Assembly (NCBI GenBank): GCA_033764445.1
Contig: JANRIZ010000058.1
Coordinates: 178 to 64,177, forward strand
Length of the DNA stretch: 64,000 bases
From: Verrucomicrobiia bacterium
Lineage (GTDB): Bacteria; Verrucomicrobiota; Verrucomicrobiia; JAWXBN01
Reading direction: 5' to 3'
Position numbers and translations under genes: made by a program. The stretch's first letter is position 1. The number at the start of each line of letters is the position of its first letter. The notes beneath the pieces were generated by a model. It worked only from the letters and a program-made list of their open reading frames with translations. It ran no database searches and had not been told where the DNA came from. Shown in pieces: positions 1 to 9,084 of the stretch.

Positions 1-140
1 CCTTCGGCGCGGGGATCGGTTCCAAGGTGCTCATTTCCAGCGACGGCGCGGAGTCCCGCAAACTGGTCGGCAGCGAACTGTCCCCGATCCGCTGGAACGT
101 TCTGGGAATCCTTGACGATGGAGTCAACAACACCCTATGA
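1..140 (+). CDS. EutN/CcmL-family microcompartment vertex protein (BMC-P), 5'-truncated by the window edge
   Basis: Frame 3 reads FGAGIGSKVLISSDGAESRKLVGSELSPIRWNVLGILDDGVNNTL*; GAGxG..V and terminal xGIxD pattern of BMC-P; its stop overlaps the next ATG (ATGA, 137-140). Confidence 0.75.
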   Translation, partial: FGAGIGSKVLISSDGAESRKLVGSELSPIRWNVLGILDDGVNNTL

Positions 141-430
141 GATTTGGCAAAGTCATCGGACGCGTCGTCCTCTCCCAGAAACATCCCAGCTACGTGGGGG
201 AACGCCTGCTGCTGACCCTGCCCTGGAAAACCGGGGCCTTTGAGGGACGCCATGACCACGATTTTGGCATTGTCGTGTACGATGAACTCGGCGGAAGTCC
301 GGGGGATCTGATCGCCATCAGCGAAGGACGGGAGGCGGCCTGCCCGTTTGATCCGCCGCGCCCTGTGGATGCCTACAACGCCGCCCTCATCGACGATTTC
401 TTCTATCAATCCCCCAAGACCGGCAAGTAG
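137..430 (+). CDS. EutN/CcmL-family microcompartment vertex protein (BMC-P)
   Basis: 97 aa; MRFGKVIGRVVLSQKHPSYVGERLL...VVYDELGGSPGDLIAISEGREAA..PVDAYNAALID matches the EutN/CcmL pattern. Confidence 0.88.
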   Translation: MRFGKVIGRVVLSQKHPSYVGERLLLTLPWKTGAFEGRHDHDFGIVVYDELGGSPGDLIAISEGREAACPFDPPRPVDAYNAALIDDFFYQSPKTGK

Positions 431-445
431 CAAAGGAAACACCCC

Positions 446-1483
446 ATGAAACTCTTCACACAAAAAGACGCTGAAACCTTCATCCACTCCGGAGCCAGGG
501 AATTCGCCCTGACCCCCGGCACGATCCTGACCCCCGGCGCCAAGGACGCCTTTTCCGAGGCGCGGGTGCGTGTGGTGACCTCCACCGGGTCCTCCTCTCC
601 GGCCCCGGCCTCCCCTGTCTCGGGGGGAACCAACAGGATTGAAGCCCTGTTCAACTCCCCGGAAGCCCAGCAGGTCAAACTCGATATCTGCGAGATCGGC
701 CGCCGTCTGTGGCAGCGGGAATTTGTCGACGGCAACGGGGGGAACATCTCCTACCGCATCGGCCCCAACGAGGTCCTGTGCACCCCCACACTGGTCAGCA
801 AGGGGTTCATCAAACCCGAGATGATCTGCATGGTCGATCTGGAAGGCAACCAGATTGCGGGCTCCTCCAAACGCACCAGCGAAATCACCACACACCTGGC
901 CCTTTACAAGGGCAATGCCACCGCCAAGGCGGTGGTCCATGCCCATCCGGTCCATGCCACGGCCTTTGCCATCGCGGGCATTGAACCCCCGGCCTGTCTG
1001 ATTCCCGAATACGAGGTGTTTGTCGGACGCGCTCCGCTGGCTCCGTACAAAACACCCGGAAGCAGGGAAATGGCGGAGATCATCCAACCGCTGGCCGCGC
1101 AGCATCAGTCCATCCTGATGGGCAACCACGGGGTCATCTGCTGGGGCAGTTCGGTGGAGGACGCCCATTGGAAGATGGAAATCACCGACGCCTATTGCCG
1201 CACTTTGCTCCTGGCAATGCCGCTCAAGGGCAACGCCACCATTCCCGACAACGAGGTGGGCAAATTGATCGAGCTGCGCAACAAACTGGGAATGCCCGAT
1301 CCCCGTTCGGGTCTCAAACCGGTGGAACTGTGCGAGATCGATCCGTGGGAAGTGCTTCGCGGCAAAGCCAGCAGTTGCGGATGCAAAACCGGGGCGACCG
1401 GGGACTCCTCCGGGACGGACCCCGACGACAAAACGGTCCAGCAGATCACCGACCAGATATACAGGGCCCTCGGCGGCAAATAA
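446..1483 (+). CDS. Class II aldolase (fuculose/rhamnulose-phosphate aldolase-like), PV-BMC signature enzyme
   Basis: GNGGNIS, TSE..HL, VHAHP and GNHG motifs; C-terminal helix DDKTVQQITDQIYRALG resembles an encapsulation peptide; lies in a BMC locus. Confidence 0.88.
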   Translation: MKLFTQKDAETFIHSGAREFALTPGTILTPGAKDAFSEARVRVVTSTGSSSPAPASPVSGGTNRIEALFNSPEAQQVKLDICEIGRRLWQREFVDGNGGNISYRIGPNEVLCTPTLVSKGFIKPEMICMVDLEGNQIAGSSKRTSEITTHLALYKGNATAKAVVHAHPVHATAFAIAGIEPPACLIPEYEVFVGRAPLAPYKTPGSREMAEIIQPLAAQHQSILMGNHGVICWGSSVEDAHWKMEITDAYCRTLLLAMPLKGNATIPDNEVGKLIELRNKLGMPDPRSGLKPVELCEIDPWEVLRGKASSCGCKTGATGDSSGTDPDDKTVQQITDQIYRALGGK

Positions 1484-1522
1484 CCCCTCATTTTCAACAA
1501 CCCTTCCAGGAGAAACAACATC

Positions 1523-2455
1523 ATGAGTCTCAAAGTCGGAATCATCGGGGGAGGCGGACGTGTGGGAAGCTGCGCGGCCTTCGCGCTCCAATGTGGCGGC
1601 ATTGTCCGCGAAATCGCCCTGCTCGACGCCAACGCGGCCACCGCAGAAGGGGAAGCCCTCGACCTTCTGCACGGTGCGGCCTACACGGCGGACCAGAAAA
1701 TCCATGCCTGTGACTACCCCTCCATCGCCCAATGCGACATGATCGTCATCACGGCGGGACTGCGCCGCAAACCCGATGAATCCCGTCTGGACCTCATCAA
1801 CCGCAACGTCACACTGTTCCTCCAGATTCTCGACAGCCTCCGCACGGCGGGTCTGCGCCGCGAGGCCTTCATCTTTGTGGTCAGCAACCCGGTGGATATC
1901 CTCACCCACATGGCCATGCAACGTCTGGGACTGCCCGAAAACCAGGTGTTCGGACTGGGCACCATGCTCGATACGTCACGCTTCTGCTCCCTGATCGCCG
2001 CCGAACTCCATCTCCCGCCCACCCAGGTGCGGGCCATGATCCTGGGCGAACATGGCGACTCCATGCTGCCGGTGTGGTCCAGTGCCACAGTGGACGGATT
2101 TGACCTCAACAAATTCCCGGGCATGAATCCCGGGCTCCAGAACAAACTCTTTGAACGCACCAAAGGCAGCGGGGCGGAGGTCATCTCGCGCAAGGGCGGG
2201 GCGGGCTGGGCCGTGGGCATCGCCATCAAGGAGGTCGTCGAGGCGGTGGCTTTGGACCGCAGGCGCATCCTGCCCGTCTCGAGCCTGATCCGCGGCGAGT
2301 ACGGCATCCGGGACATCAGTCTCTCCGTGCCCACCGTCGTCGGCAGAAACGGCATTGAAAAACGGATCGAACTCGAACTCTGGCCCAAGGAACTGACCGC
2401 CCTGCAGGCCTCCGCCAAGGCCCTCAAGGAAACCCTGGCCAAGGTCAAGGCGTGA
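1523..2455 (+). CDS. Lactate/malate dehydrogenase family protein (BMC-associated)
   Basis: GIIGGGGRVG Rossmann motif, TAGLRRKPDESRLDL, VSNPVD, LDTSR, GEHGDS. Confidence 0.9.
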   Translation: MSLKVGIIGGGGRVGSCAAFALQCGGIVREIALLDANAATAEGEALDLLHGAAYTADQKIHACDYPSIAQCDMIVITAGLRRKPDESRLDLINRNVTLFLQILDSLRTAGLRREAFIFVVSNPVDILTHMAMQRLGLPENQVFGLGTMLDTSRFCSLIAAELHLPPTQVRAMILGEHGDSMLPVWSSATVDGFDLNKFPGMNPGLQNKLFERTKGSGAEVISRKGGAGWAVGIAIKEVVEAVALDRRRILPVSSLIRGEYGIRDISLSVPTVVGRNGIEKRIELELWPKELTALQASAKALKETLAKVKA

Positions 2456-2458
2456 AAC

Positions 2459-2494
2459 AAATGTCTAATGTCTATCGACTAATGACTCATGTTT
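2459..2494. repeat. Left heptamer tract (aatgtct aatgtct atcgact aatgact catgttt), left arm of an inverted repeat
   Basis: Read directly; aaatgtctaat (2459-2469) is the exact reverse complement of attagacattt (2936-2946). Confidence 0.85.
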
Positions 2495-2519
2495 AAAAAC
2501 CCACGCATGATTCAAAGGC

Positions 2520-2900
2520 ATGAAAACGCAAAAATTCGATCTTGAAGAACGCACGGCCATTTTTGGAGAAAATGTGATTAAATTTGCGAAAAATGTTAAA
2601 CCAAATCCCGTCAACACTCCGCTGATCAACCAAGTGGTGCGTTCAGCTACCAGCGTGGGGGCGAACTATTGTGAGGCGGATGATGCTTCATCAAAAAAGG
2701 ATTTTATCCATAAGATCGGTCTGTGTCGAAAGGAAGCCCGCGAAACGAAACATTGGCTGCGAATGCTGGCGATTGCGGAAACCAATTCAAGGGACGAACT
2801 GGCCCAGCTCTGGCAGGAAGCCAAAGAATTACATTTAATCTTTGCATCGATTGTCAGAAATGGTCGAGAAAACATGTGCATCGAAACCCTCAAAACATGA
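2520..2900 (+). CDS. Four-helix-bundle protein (23S rRNA IVP / TIGR02436-like)
   Basis: 126 aa; DLEERT..F, QVVRSATSVGANYCEADDASSKKDFIHKIGLCRKEARETKHWL; AT-richer than its neighbours. Confidence 0.9.
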   Translation: MKTQKFDLEERTAIFGENVIKFAKNVKPNPVNTPLINQVVRSATSVGANYCEADDASSKKDFIHKIGLCRKEARETKHWLRMLAIAETNSRDELAQLWQEAKELHLIFASIVRNGRENMCIETLKT

Positions 2901-2910
2901 CACTCTCTGA

Positions 2911-2946
2911 AGTTTTTAGTCATTAGAAATTACAAATTAGACATTT
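2911..2946. repeat. Right heptamer tract (agttttt agtcatt agaaatt acaaatt agacatt), right arm of the inverted repeat
   Basis: Units agtcatt and agacatt are reverse complements of left units aatgact and aatgtct, with the same 21-nt offset. Confidence 0.85.
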
Positions 2947-2957
2947 TTACCCCCCTT

Positions 2958-4220
2958 ATGCAAAAATCCCTCGACACCAAACTGGCGGAAATCCGGTCCA
3001 ACCCCGGCCGGGCCAAATCCTTCATCATTGCCGACGCGAAGGATGCCGACATGGCCTTCGGCATCACCGCCCCGGGACCCAAACCCAATCAGAGTCCCGA
3101 GGCCTTCTCCAGCGGGGAACTGCATTTCAAAACTCTGCCGGAGTACCAGCAGCAGATTCGTGACGTGATCAAGCAGGGACTGGTGGACATCCTCCTGGCC
3201 TCCGCCTCCAATATCGAGCAGCTCTCCATCAAGGAGGGGCTCTTCAAAAACTCCCACCTCACCCCCGCCGCCCGGGCCAACGACGCGACGGATATCTGGG
3301 TCATCCGTCACGGCTCCTACATCCAACAACCCTCCCAACCCTTCCGCTCGGCCTCCATCGACCACATCCAATGCGGCAAACTGGAGTGTGAAGAGGGCGA
3401 AATCACGGGGGCCAATCTGGGCCTTTACTCGGTGACCTTCACCAACGATCTCGACCGCGACAAACGTTCCCTGTGCGCCTTCAAGGACTTCCGCGAGGAA
3501 GCCGAACTCAAGGGGTTCAAATATTTCCTGGAAGTCTTCGACCCGAACGTGAAGACCGGCATCTCCGACGACAAGATCGGACACTTCATCAACGACCACA
3601 TCGTGCGGAGCCTGGCGGGCGTGACCCAGCGCGGACGTCCGGAATTCCTCAAAATCGTCTATCACGGCCCGAAGGCCATGGAGGAACTCTGCGCGTATGA
3701 TCCCTCACTGGTGGTGGGCATTCTCGGCGGCGGTGCGGGCACCACCTACGACGCCTTCAAACTGATCAGTGAGGCCCAGAAATACGGTGCGCGTGTGGCC
3801 CTCTTTGGCCGCAAGATCAACATGGCCGAACATCAGCTGGCCTTCATCCAATTCCTCCGTTACATCGTCGAGGGGTCGATCACCCCGGAGGACGCGGTCA
3901 AGGCCTATCACGGCGTCCTGCAGGGCTTGAATATCAGACCCCATCGCAGTTTGCAGGAGGATCTGACCCTTCAAACGGGGGTGATGAGTTACGGCGGATC
4001 CACGACCGTGGCCGTTCCCGCGGGAACCCCCCGTTCCACGTCCGTCTCCAAACCCTCCGTTCCGGCCCCTTCACCTTCCAAAATCGCGGGCAATCTGGGA
4101 GGAAACATCGCCGTGCCCAACCGCAACGCCCTCCCCACTCCGACAACGGATTCCAAAACCAACACCTCCCGCGTCGAGGAGCAGCTTCGTCGTCTGAAAA
4201 AAAAGCTGGGCGACATCTAG
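2958..4220 (+). CDS. Conserved hypothetical protein, probable class I aldolase-like TIM barrel with Pro/Ser/Thr linker and C-terminal helix
   Basis: FLEVF, FLKIVY, GILGGG and ALFGRKI motifs recall DeoC/LacD-type barrels; co-oriented with the BMC genes. Confidence 0.6.
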   Translation: MQKSLDTKLAEIRSNPGRAKSFIIADAKDADMAFGITAPGPKPNQSPEAFSSGELHFKTLPEYQQQIRDVIKQGLVDILLASASNIEQLSIKEGLFKNSHLTPAARANDATDIWVIRHGSYIQQPSQPFRSASIDHIQCGKLECEEGEITGANLGLYSVTFTNDLDRDKRSLCAFKDFREEAELKGFKYFLEVFDPNVKTGISDDKIGHFINDHIVRSLAGVTQRGRPEFLKIVYHGPKAMEELCAYDPSLVVGILGGGAGTTYDAFKLISEAQKYGARVALFGRKINMAEHQLAFIQFLRYIVEGSITPEDAVKAYHGVLQGLNIRPHRSLQEDLTLQTGVMSYGGSTTVAVPAGTPRSTSVSKPSVPAPSPSKIAGNLGGNIAVPNRNALPTPTTDSKTNTSRVEEQLRRLKKKLGDI

Positions 4221-4339
4221 GGGAAATCGCGATTTTCTTCGTCACCCGCGGGAAGGCTCCCCCAGAAGGCCCCGTTTCCTTCCCGTGAAAAACAGGGGAC
4301 TTGGCAGGAATGGGAAAAACCGTCATAGTCCGCGACCCT

Positions 4340-5038
4340 ATGTTTGATGGAGCCCTATTGGTGGACAAACCGAGCGATTGGACCTCACACGATGTCGTGG
4401 CGAAGATTCGCGGACGGTTCCAGTTTCCCAAGGTGGGTCACTGCGGAACCCTCGATCCGATGGCCACCGGGCTCCTCGTCATTGTTCTGGGCAAGGGCAC
4501 CAAACTCTCCAACAACCTCATGGGCGATGACAAACGGTATGAAGGGGAAATGACGCTGGGGGTCGAGACTTCCACCTATGATGCCGAGGGGGAAATCCTG
4601 GAAAACCGGCTTGTTCCGCCGCTGACCGAGGGCGAAATACGTGAGGGTTTCAGGGGATTTACCGGAGACCAGTATCAGATTCCACCCATGGTCTCGGCCA
4701 TCAAAATCAAGGGTCAGCCCCTTTACAAAATGGCCCGCAAAGGGGAGGAGGTGGAACGGGAACCGCGTTTTATCCATGTGTACGAATTGCGTCTCCTCTC
4801 CATGGCCCTTCCCAGGATCGAATTCGATCTCTTTTGCACCAAGGGAACCTATGTCCGTTCCCTCGCGCATGATCTGGGACAGAAACTGGGCTGCGGGGCC
4901 CATCTGAGCCGGTTGCGCCGCACACAGAGCGGCAAATTCCGCGTGGTGGATGCCCTGCCTCTTGCCGAACTGATTGGCATGAGCGCGGACCAGGTGGAGG
5001 CCCGGGTCATACCCCTCCACGCCTTGGGTGGCACGTAA
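4340..5038 (+). CDS. truB: tRNA pseudouridine(55) synthase
   Basis: LLVDKPSDWTSHDVV, KVGHCGTLDPMATG, CTKGTYVRSLAHDLG; start placed at ATG 4340. Confidence 0.95.
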   Translation: MFDGALLVDKPSDWTSHDVVAKIRGRFQFPKVGHCGTLDPMATGLLVIVLGKGTKLSNNLMGDDKRYEGEMTLGVETSTYDAEGEILENRLVPPLTEGEIREGFRGFTGDQYQIPPMVSAIKIKGQPLYKMARKGEEVEREPRFIHVYELRLLSMALPRIEFDLFCTKGTYVRSLAHDLGQKLGCGAHLSRLRRTQSGKFRVVDALPLAELIGMSADQVEARVIPLHALGGT

Positions 5039-5082
5039 AAGGAACGTTGACCCCTCCCGGCCTTTGCCCTGGGAACACTTCG

Positions 5083-6564
5083 CTACTGCTTCCGGACAGG
5101 ACTCAGCACGATGAATGTTTCGTTCTGGGCCACCGGCTCCAGTGGCGGAAGTCGGTATCCCTCCCGGTAATGATCGGCCTGGGGGTCGTTTCGAAAGGTG
5201 GCCACACGGACCCTTTCACGGGGCACTTTGCTCCAGCGATCCCGCGTGGTGGTGGCATGCGCGGAAATGACATGGATCGGTTCCCGCTGACCCTGACGGT
5301 AGCGAAGGACATTCGCATAAAAGGCCACCGGCCAGACCCGGGTGAATTCCCCCATGACGTGACTGGCTTTCAGGTCAATGACCTGACGTGCATACGGCCC
5401 CACAAAGGCGTCCAGATCGCGGTCCACACCGCGGACCGAGGGCCAGCCGTAAACCGCCAGACTGACCCCCACGATCAGCACCATGCCCATCCCTGTGATG
5501 TAAGGCTTTTGGACGTCACGCACTCGTCCAAAACACGCGCTGATCACCAGGATGGAAATGGCCCCCTGCAAAAAAAAGTACGCACTGGCGGCGTAATCGG
5601 GCCGGAAGTCGTGTTTCAGGACCCAATCCGTGAAGGCGAACAGGCCGAGAGCGGCCAGTGCGGTGATCAGACACGAAAAACACATCCAGAGCACGGTCCG
5701 CCAATCCTGATCCGTTCTGAATCTGAGAAGAAAAAACAGGGAAGCGCCGCTCATCAGCAGGGTCAGGGGAATCTTGCCATGGGCAAAGTAGTAGTAAAAA
5801 AGATTGAAGGAAAGTTTCAGAAAGGACTCCGGCCAGAGGGAGACCGGGCTGATTCCATACTCCCACCGGTAGGGCCACATATTGGAGATGGCCAGGATGA
5901 TCAGAAAATTCAGTGCCAAAAGGGACACGGCGGGAATGATCTCCCATACGGCGACCCTCCGCCGACCCACCATATCCGGGAGATGCCGGAGCAAAACCAA
6001 CAGCCCCAGCATCAGCGGCATGGGCATACAAATCCATGCACTGACAAACAGGGCCAGTGTCGCAAAAAATCCCCGCCTCCATCCTCTTCCGGGGGTTTCG
6101 AGAATGATCAGACCGGTCAACCCCCAAAATGCGGCGGTGGCATAGGGCTGGTAAATAAAAATGAACGCGGTCAGGTCACCGGTCAGTCCCAGAAACATCA
6201 GCAGGGAAAGTGCCCCCGCCGCCCACCAGGGCCCTTCCGGAATCAGGTACCGGGTCAGTGCAAAAAAGGAACCCAGGGCACAGGTGAGCACCATCCAGTA
6301 GAGCAACAGCAGGTTCCAGAACGGGTCCCTGACCGGACTCGCCAGCAACGCAAAGAAGGCCCCGTAGCGGTTCTGATCCCAGAAAAAAAAGGTCCATCGC
6401 TGGGTGCTCATGATCGTGTGCATCAGGGAATCCGACGTGTGAAAACGGTGGAAATTGCCCAGATCAATCTGCAGCGCGGTCAGGGCCACAAACACCATGG
6501 TGGCCCCGAATGGAAAGCGCGAGACACTTTCGCACACCGATTTTCCGAAGGAGGCAAAAGACAT
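5083..6564 (-). CDS. Polytopic membrane protein, possibly GT-C-fold glycosyltransferase-like
   Basis: Many hydrophobic segments; N-terminal loop HTSDSL..FFFWDQNRYG; function not recognised. Confidence 0.5.
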   Translation of the reverse strand: MSFASFGKSVCESVSRFPFGATMVFVALTALQIDLGNFHRFHTSDSLMHTIMSTQRWTFFFWDQNRYGAFFALLASPVRDPFWNLLLLYWMVLTCALGSFFALTRYLIPEGPWWAAGALSLLMFLGLTGDLTAFIFIYQPYATAAFWGLTGLIILETPGRGWRRGFFATLALFVSAWICMPMPLMLGLLVLLRHLPDMVGRRRVAVWEIIPAVSLLALNFLIILAISNMWPYRWEYGISPVSLWPESFLKLSFNLFYYYFAHGKIPLTLLMSGASLFFLLRFRTDQDWRTVLWMCFSCLITALAALGLFAFTDWVLKHDFRPDYAASAYFFLQGAISILVISACFGRVRDVQKPYITGMGMVLIVGVSLAVYGWPSVRGVDRDLDAFVGPYARQVIDLKASHVMGEFTRVWPVAFYANVLRYRQGQREPIHVISAHATTTRDRWSKVPRERVRVATFRNDPQADHYREGYRLPPLEPVAQNETFIVLSPVRKQ

Positions 6565-6617
6565 GACATCTGACTTAACCCCTGATAGGGTCACGAATCA
6601 ACCTTCGTTTGCACACC

Positions 6618-8021
6618 ATGACATCTTCCCTTTCCAAACCCCTGTCCCGAATGCTGCTTTTGATCATCGGTGTCGCCGCCGTGCTGGCCGCCTATTGGGC
6701 CCTGGACTCATGGGTGCTGCGACCCCAGGTCCTGACCCCGTTGAAACTGAACCATCAACTGGTTCCGGCGCTGACCCCTCTGTACGCCTTCTGGTTCCCG
6801 GTGTTCAAGTGGCAGGGACTGTTGTATGTCCTGGCGGCAGGGCTCCTGGTGTGGTCCGCCCTCCGTCTGACCGATCCGCAAAAAACCCCCGAAAGCAATT
6901 TCCTGGTTTATCTGGGGTTGATTTCCCTTGTCCTGCCGGTCCTTCTTTTTGGAATCCGGCAAAATTACGGCTCCCTCGGGAAGCTCCTCCTGCTGTATCC
7001 CGGTGAGGAGGTCTATTTTGACGCCTTTCGCATCTACGACCTGTCCTTTTACATTTCCCATTATGTGGACTACATGCCCCGCCTTTCCCTGCACGGCAAA
7101 CACTTCCCTCCCGGATACTCCCTGCTCATTTACGGACTGACCCAGGCTTTCGGGGAGGGAGTCCTGATCGTCGCCATGGCCACCCTGGTTTTTTTCGCGG
7201 CCGGATGCCTGTTTTTTTACCTGGCCTACCGACGGATGGCCGGGATGGCCGCCGCCCGTCAGGGGGCGTTGCTGATGCTGACAATCCCCTCGTTGTTGGA
7301 TTTTGCCTGCACCTCCATGGACGCGATCTTTTTCGGATGGGCCGGTCTGTGTCTCTGGATGGCCTCACTGACCGTCGGTGCGATGAAGTCGGACCGCTGG
7401 AATCAGTCCGTCCTCTTTGGCGCCCTGCTGGGACTGACCCTTGCACTGGCCGCGTATTTCAGTTTTGTGGTGTTCCCCCTGGGATTGGCCCTGGGATTAT
7501 ACATCGGTCTGACCGGATGGAAAAAGCCGGGCAGGACTGCCCTCACATTGGGAATGACCGGGGTGCTGTTTTTTGGGGTCTATCTGGTCTTTTACGCCCT
7601 GACCGGATTCTCAATGTACGCCTGTCTCCTGGAGGCCGCCAAAAACAATCATGGGTTCATGAACGGACTGACCTCCGGAAGGCTTCGGGAACTTTATTGG
7701 AATATCAGCTTTGGCAATCTGTTCGCATTCGGAATCGGCTCCGGCGTCGCGGTGGTGGCCGCATTGATATGGCGCCTGTCCGGAGACTGGAAAAAGTGGG
7801 ACGCCTGGGAATGGTCCGTGATTCTGACCCTCGCGACGATGACCTTCGGACACCTGTTCCAAATGGAAACCGAGCGCATCTGGATTTTTGCGATGCCCTG
7901 GCTCGTGGCGGTGATCATTGGAAGGGGCCCCCTGATTGAAGCCCCCCTCTTCCGGCTGCTGCTCCTGCTCGGCCTTTCCCAGGCCTTCGTGATGGAAATC
8001 CTGTTCCTGACCCTTTGGTAG
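6618..8021 (+). CDS. Polytopic membrane protein, probable GT-C-type glycosyltransferase
   Basis: About 11-13 hydrophobic segments, loop SLHGKHFPPG, ETERIW near the C-terminus. Confidence 0.55.
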   Translation: MTSSLSKPLSRMLLLIIGVAAVLAAYWALDSWVLRPQVLTPLKLNHQLVPALTPLYAFWFPVFKWQGLLYVLAAGLLVWSALRLTDPQKTPESNFLVYLGLISLVLPVLLFGIRQNYGSLGKLLLLYPGEEVYFDAFRIYDLSFYISHYVDYMPRLSLHGKHFPPGYSLLIYGLTQAFGEGVLIVAMATLVFFAAGCLFFYLAYRRMAGMAAARQGALLMLTIPSLLDFACTSMDAIFFGWAGLCLWMASLTVGAMKSDRWNQSVLFGALLGLTLALAAYFSFVVFPLGLALGLYIGLTGWKKPGRTALTLGMTGVLFFGVYLVFYALTGFSMYACLLEAAKNNHGFMNGLTSGRLRELYWNISFGNLFAFGIGSGVAVVAALIWRLSGDWKKWDAWEWSVILTLATMTFGHLFQMETERIWIFAMPWLVAVIIGRGPLIEAPLFRLLLLLGLSQAFVMEILFLTLW

Positions 8022-8118
8022 CGATTGCGGGACCTGGTCGGCTCAGCCCCCCGGATTTACACCGTTGACATTCGTTCCTTCACCCCGGAGATTGTGCCCG
8101 TCCCCCCCTCACGTCCCC

Positions 8119-9078
8119 ATGACCCAATACACCGTCACCAGCTGGAATGGCCAGAAATATGGACCCTCCGATCTTGAGACCCTTCGGGGTTGGATCCGGC
8201 AGGGACTGATCCTTGCCGACTTCGAGGTGGTTCAAAGCGACGGCACCCGGTCAAAGGCGGGGGCATTGCCGGAACTGGCGGACCTCTTTTTAACCGCCCC
8301 CACCCCCCCGCCCCTCCGGGCGGATTCCACACCCAGAAACACTGTGCGTCTGGCGGATATGACCGCCCGGATCAACACCTCAAAGGCTCTGGCCGAGGGG
8401 TGGAAATGTTTTTCCGGACGCCCGGGCCTGGCCATCGGCTCCCTGTTTCTGATGTGGCTGCTGATGATCCCCTCGGTCCTGCCTTTTGGAATCGGTTTTG
8501 TGTACAGCACCCTCTTCATGTCCGCGGTGATGATCGGCTATTGGAAACTTTCCCTGAATCTCGTGGATGGCTCCCACGCCTGCGCCGGGGACATCCTGTA
8601 CGGATTCAAAAACAGGATCAATAACAGCATCCTGGCGAGTGTGATCCGGTTTGCCATCTCCCTGATCCTGGTCATTCCCCTGGTGGTGGTGGCCGTGATT
8701 CTGGTCGTGGCAATCATCGCCATCGAGGGTTCGAACACCTCGCCCGAGGACATTTCACTGGGATGGTGGGCACTGGTGGGCCTGGTGATTGTCCTCTTTG
8801 CAACCGTCTATGTCATCGTGATGACCTTCCTTCTCTACCTGGAAGCCCTGCTGGCGGACGGGGCGGTTCCCGATGCCTTTGGCGCCACAAAATCCACCTG
8901 CCGGATGGTCTTCAAAAACATCAAACCCCTGGCCTGGTATTTTACCGTCGTCTCCCTGCTGATGATCCTGGCCGTCATCACACTGCTGGGCTGGATCATC
9001 ATTATGCCGTGGTGCATGCTGGCCACCGCCCACACCTACCGGCAGCTTGTCCCGCGCGACACGCTTCTGACCCCCTGA
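8119..9078 (+). CDS. GYF-like N-terminal domain plus multi-pass membrane domain
   Basis: GQKYGPSDLETLRGWIRQG..AGALPEL (GYF_2-like), a PPP linker, then about 5 TM helices. Confidence 0.65.
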   Translation: MTQYTVTSWNGQKYGPSDLETLRGWIRQGLILADFEVVQSDGTRSKAGALPELADLFLTAPTPPPLRADSTPRNTVRLADMTARINTSKALAEGWKCFSGRPGLAIGSLFLMWLLMIPSVLPFGIGFVYSTLFMSAVMIGYWKLSLNLVDGSHACAGDILYGFKNRINNSILASVIRFAISLILVIPLVVVAVILVVAIIAIEGSNTSPEDISLGWWALVGLVIVLFATVYVIVMTFLLYLEALLADGAVPDAFGATKSTCRMVFKNIKPLAWYFTVVSLLMILAVITLLGWIIIMPWCMLATAHTYRQLVPRDTLLTP

Positions 9079-9084
9079 CCTTTC

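Noticed and set aside
2520-2900. Diversity-generating retroelement (because of the Avd-like fold) or rRNA intervening sequence
   Set aside because: No reverse transcriptase, TR/VR pair or rRNA gene was recognised in the window
4224-4235. Perfect 12-bp palindrome aaatcgcgattt after the BMC-linked gene
   Set aside because: Single short instance with no loop; cannot be distinguished from chance or a weak terminator
5047-6573. 508-aa plus-strand ORF and other long antisense ORFs (e.g. 33536-36277, 30094-31707, 53730-55751, 59461-61059)
   Set aside because: They mirror well-supported genes on the opposite strand and show no family motifs; such shadow ORFs are expected in GC-rich DNA
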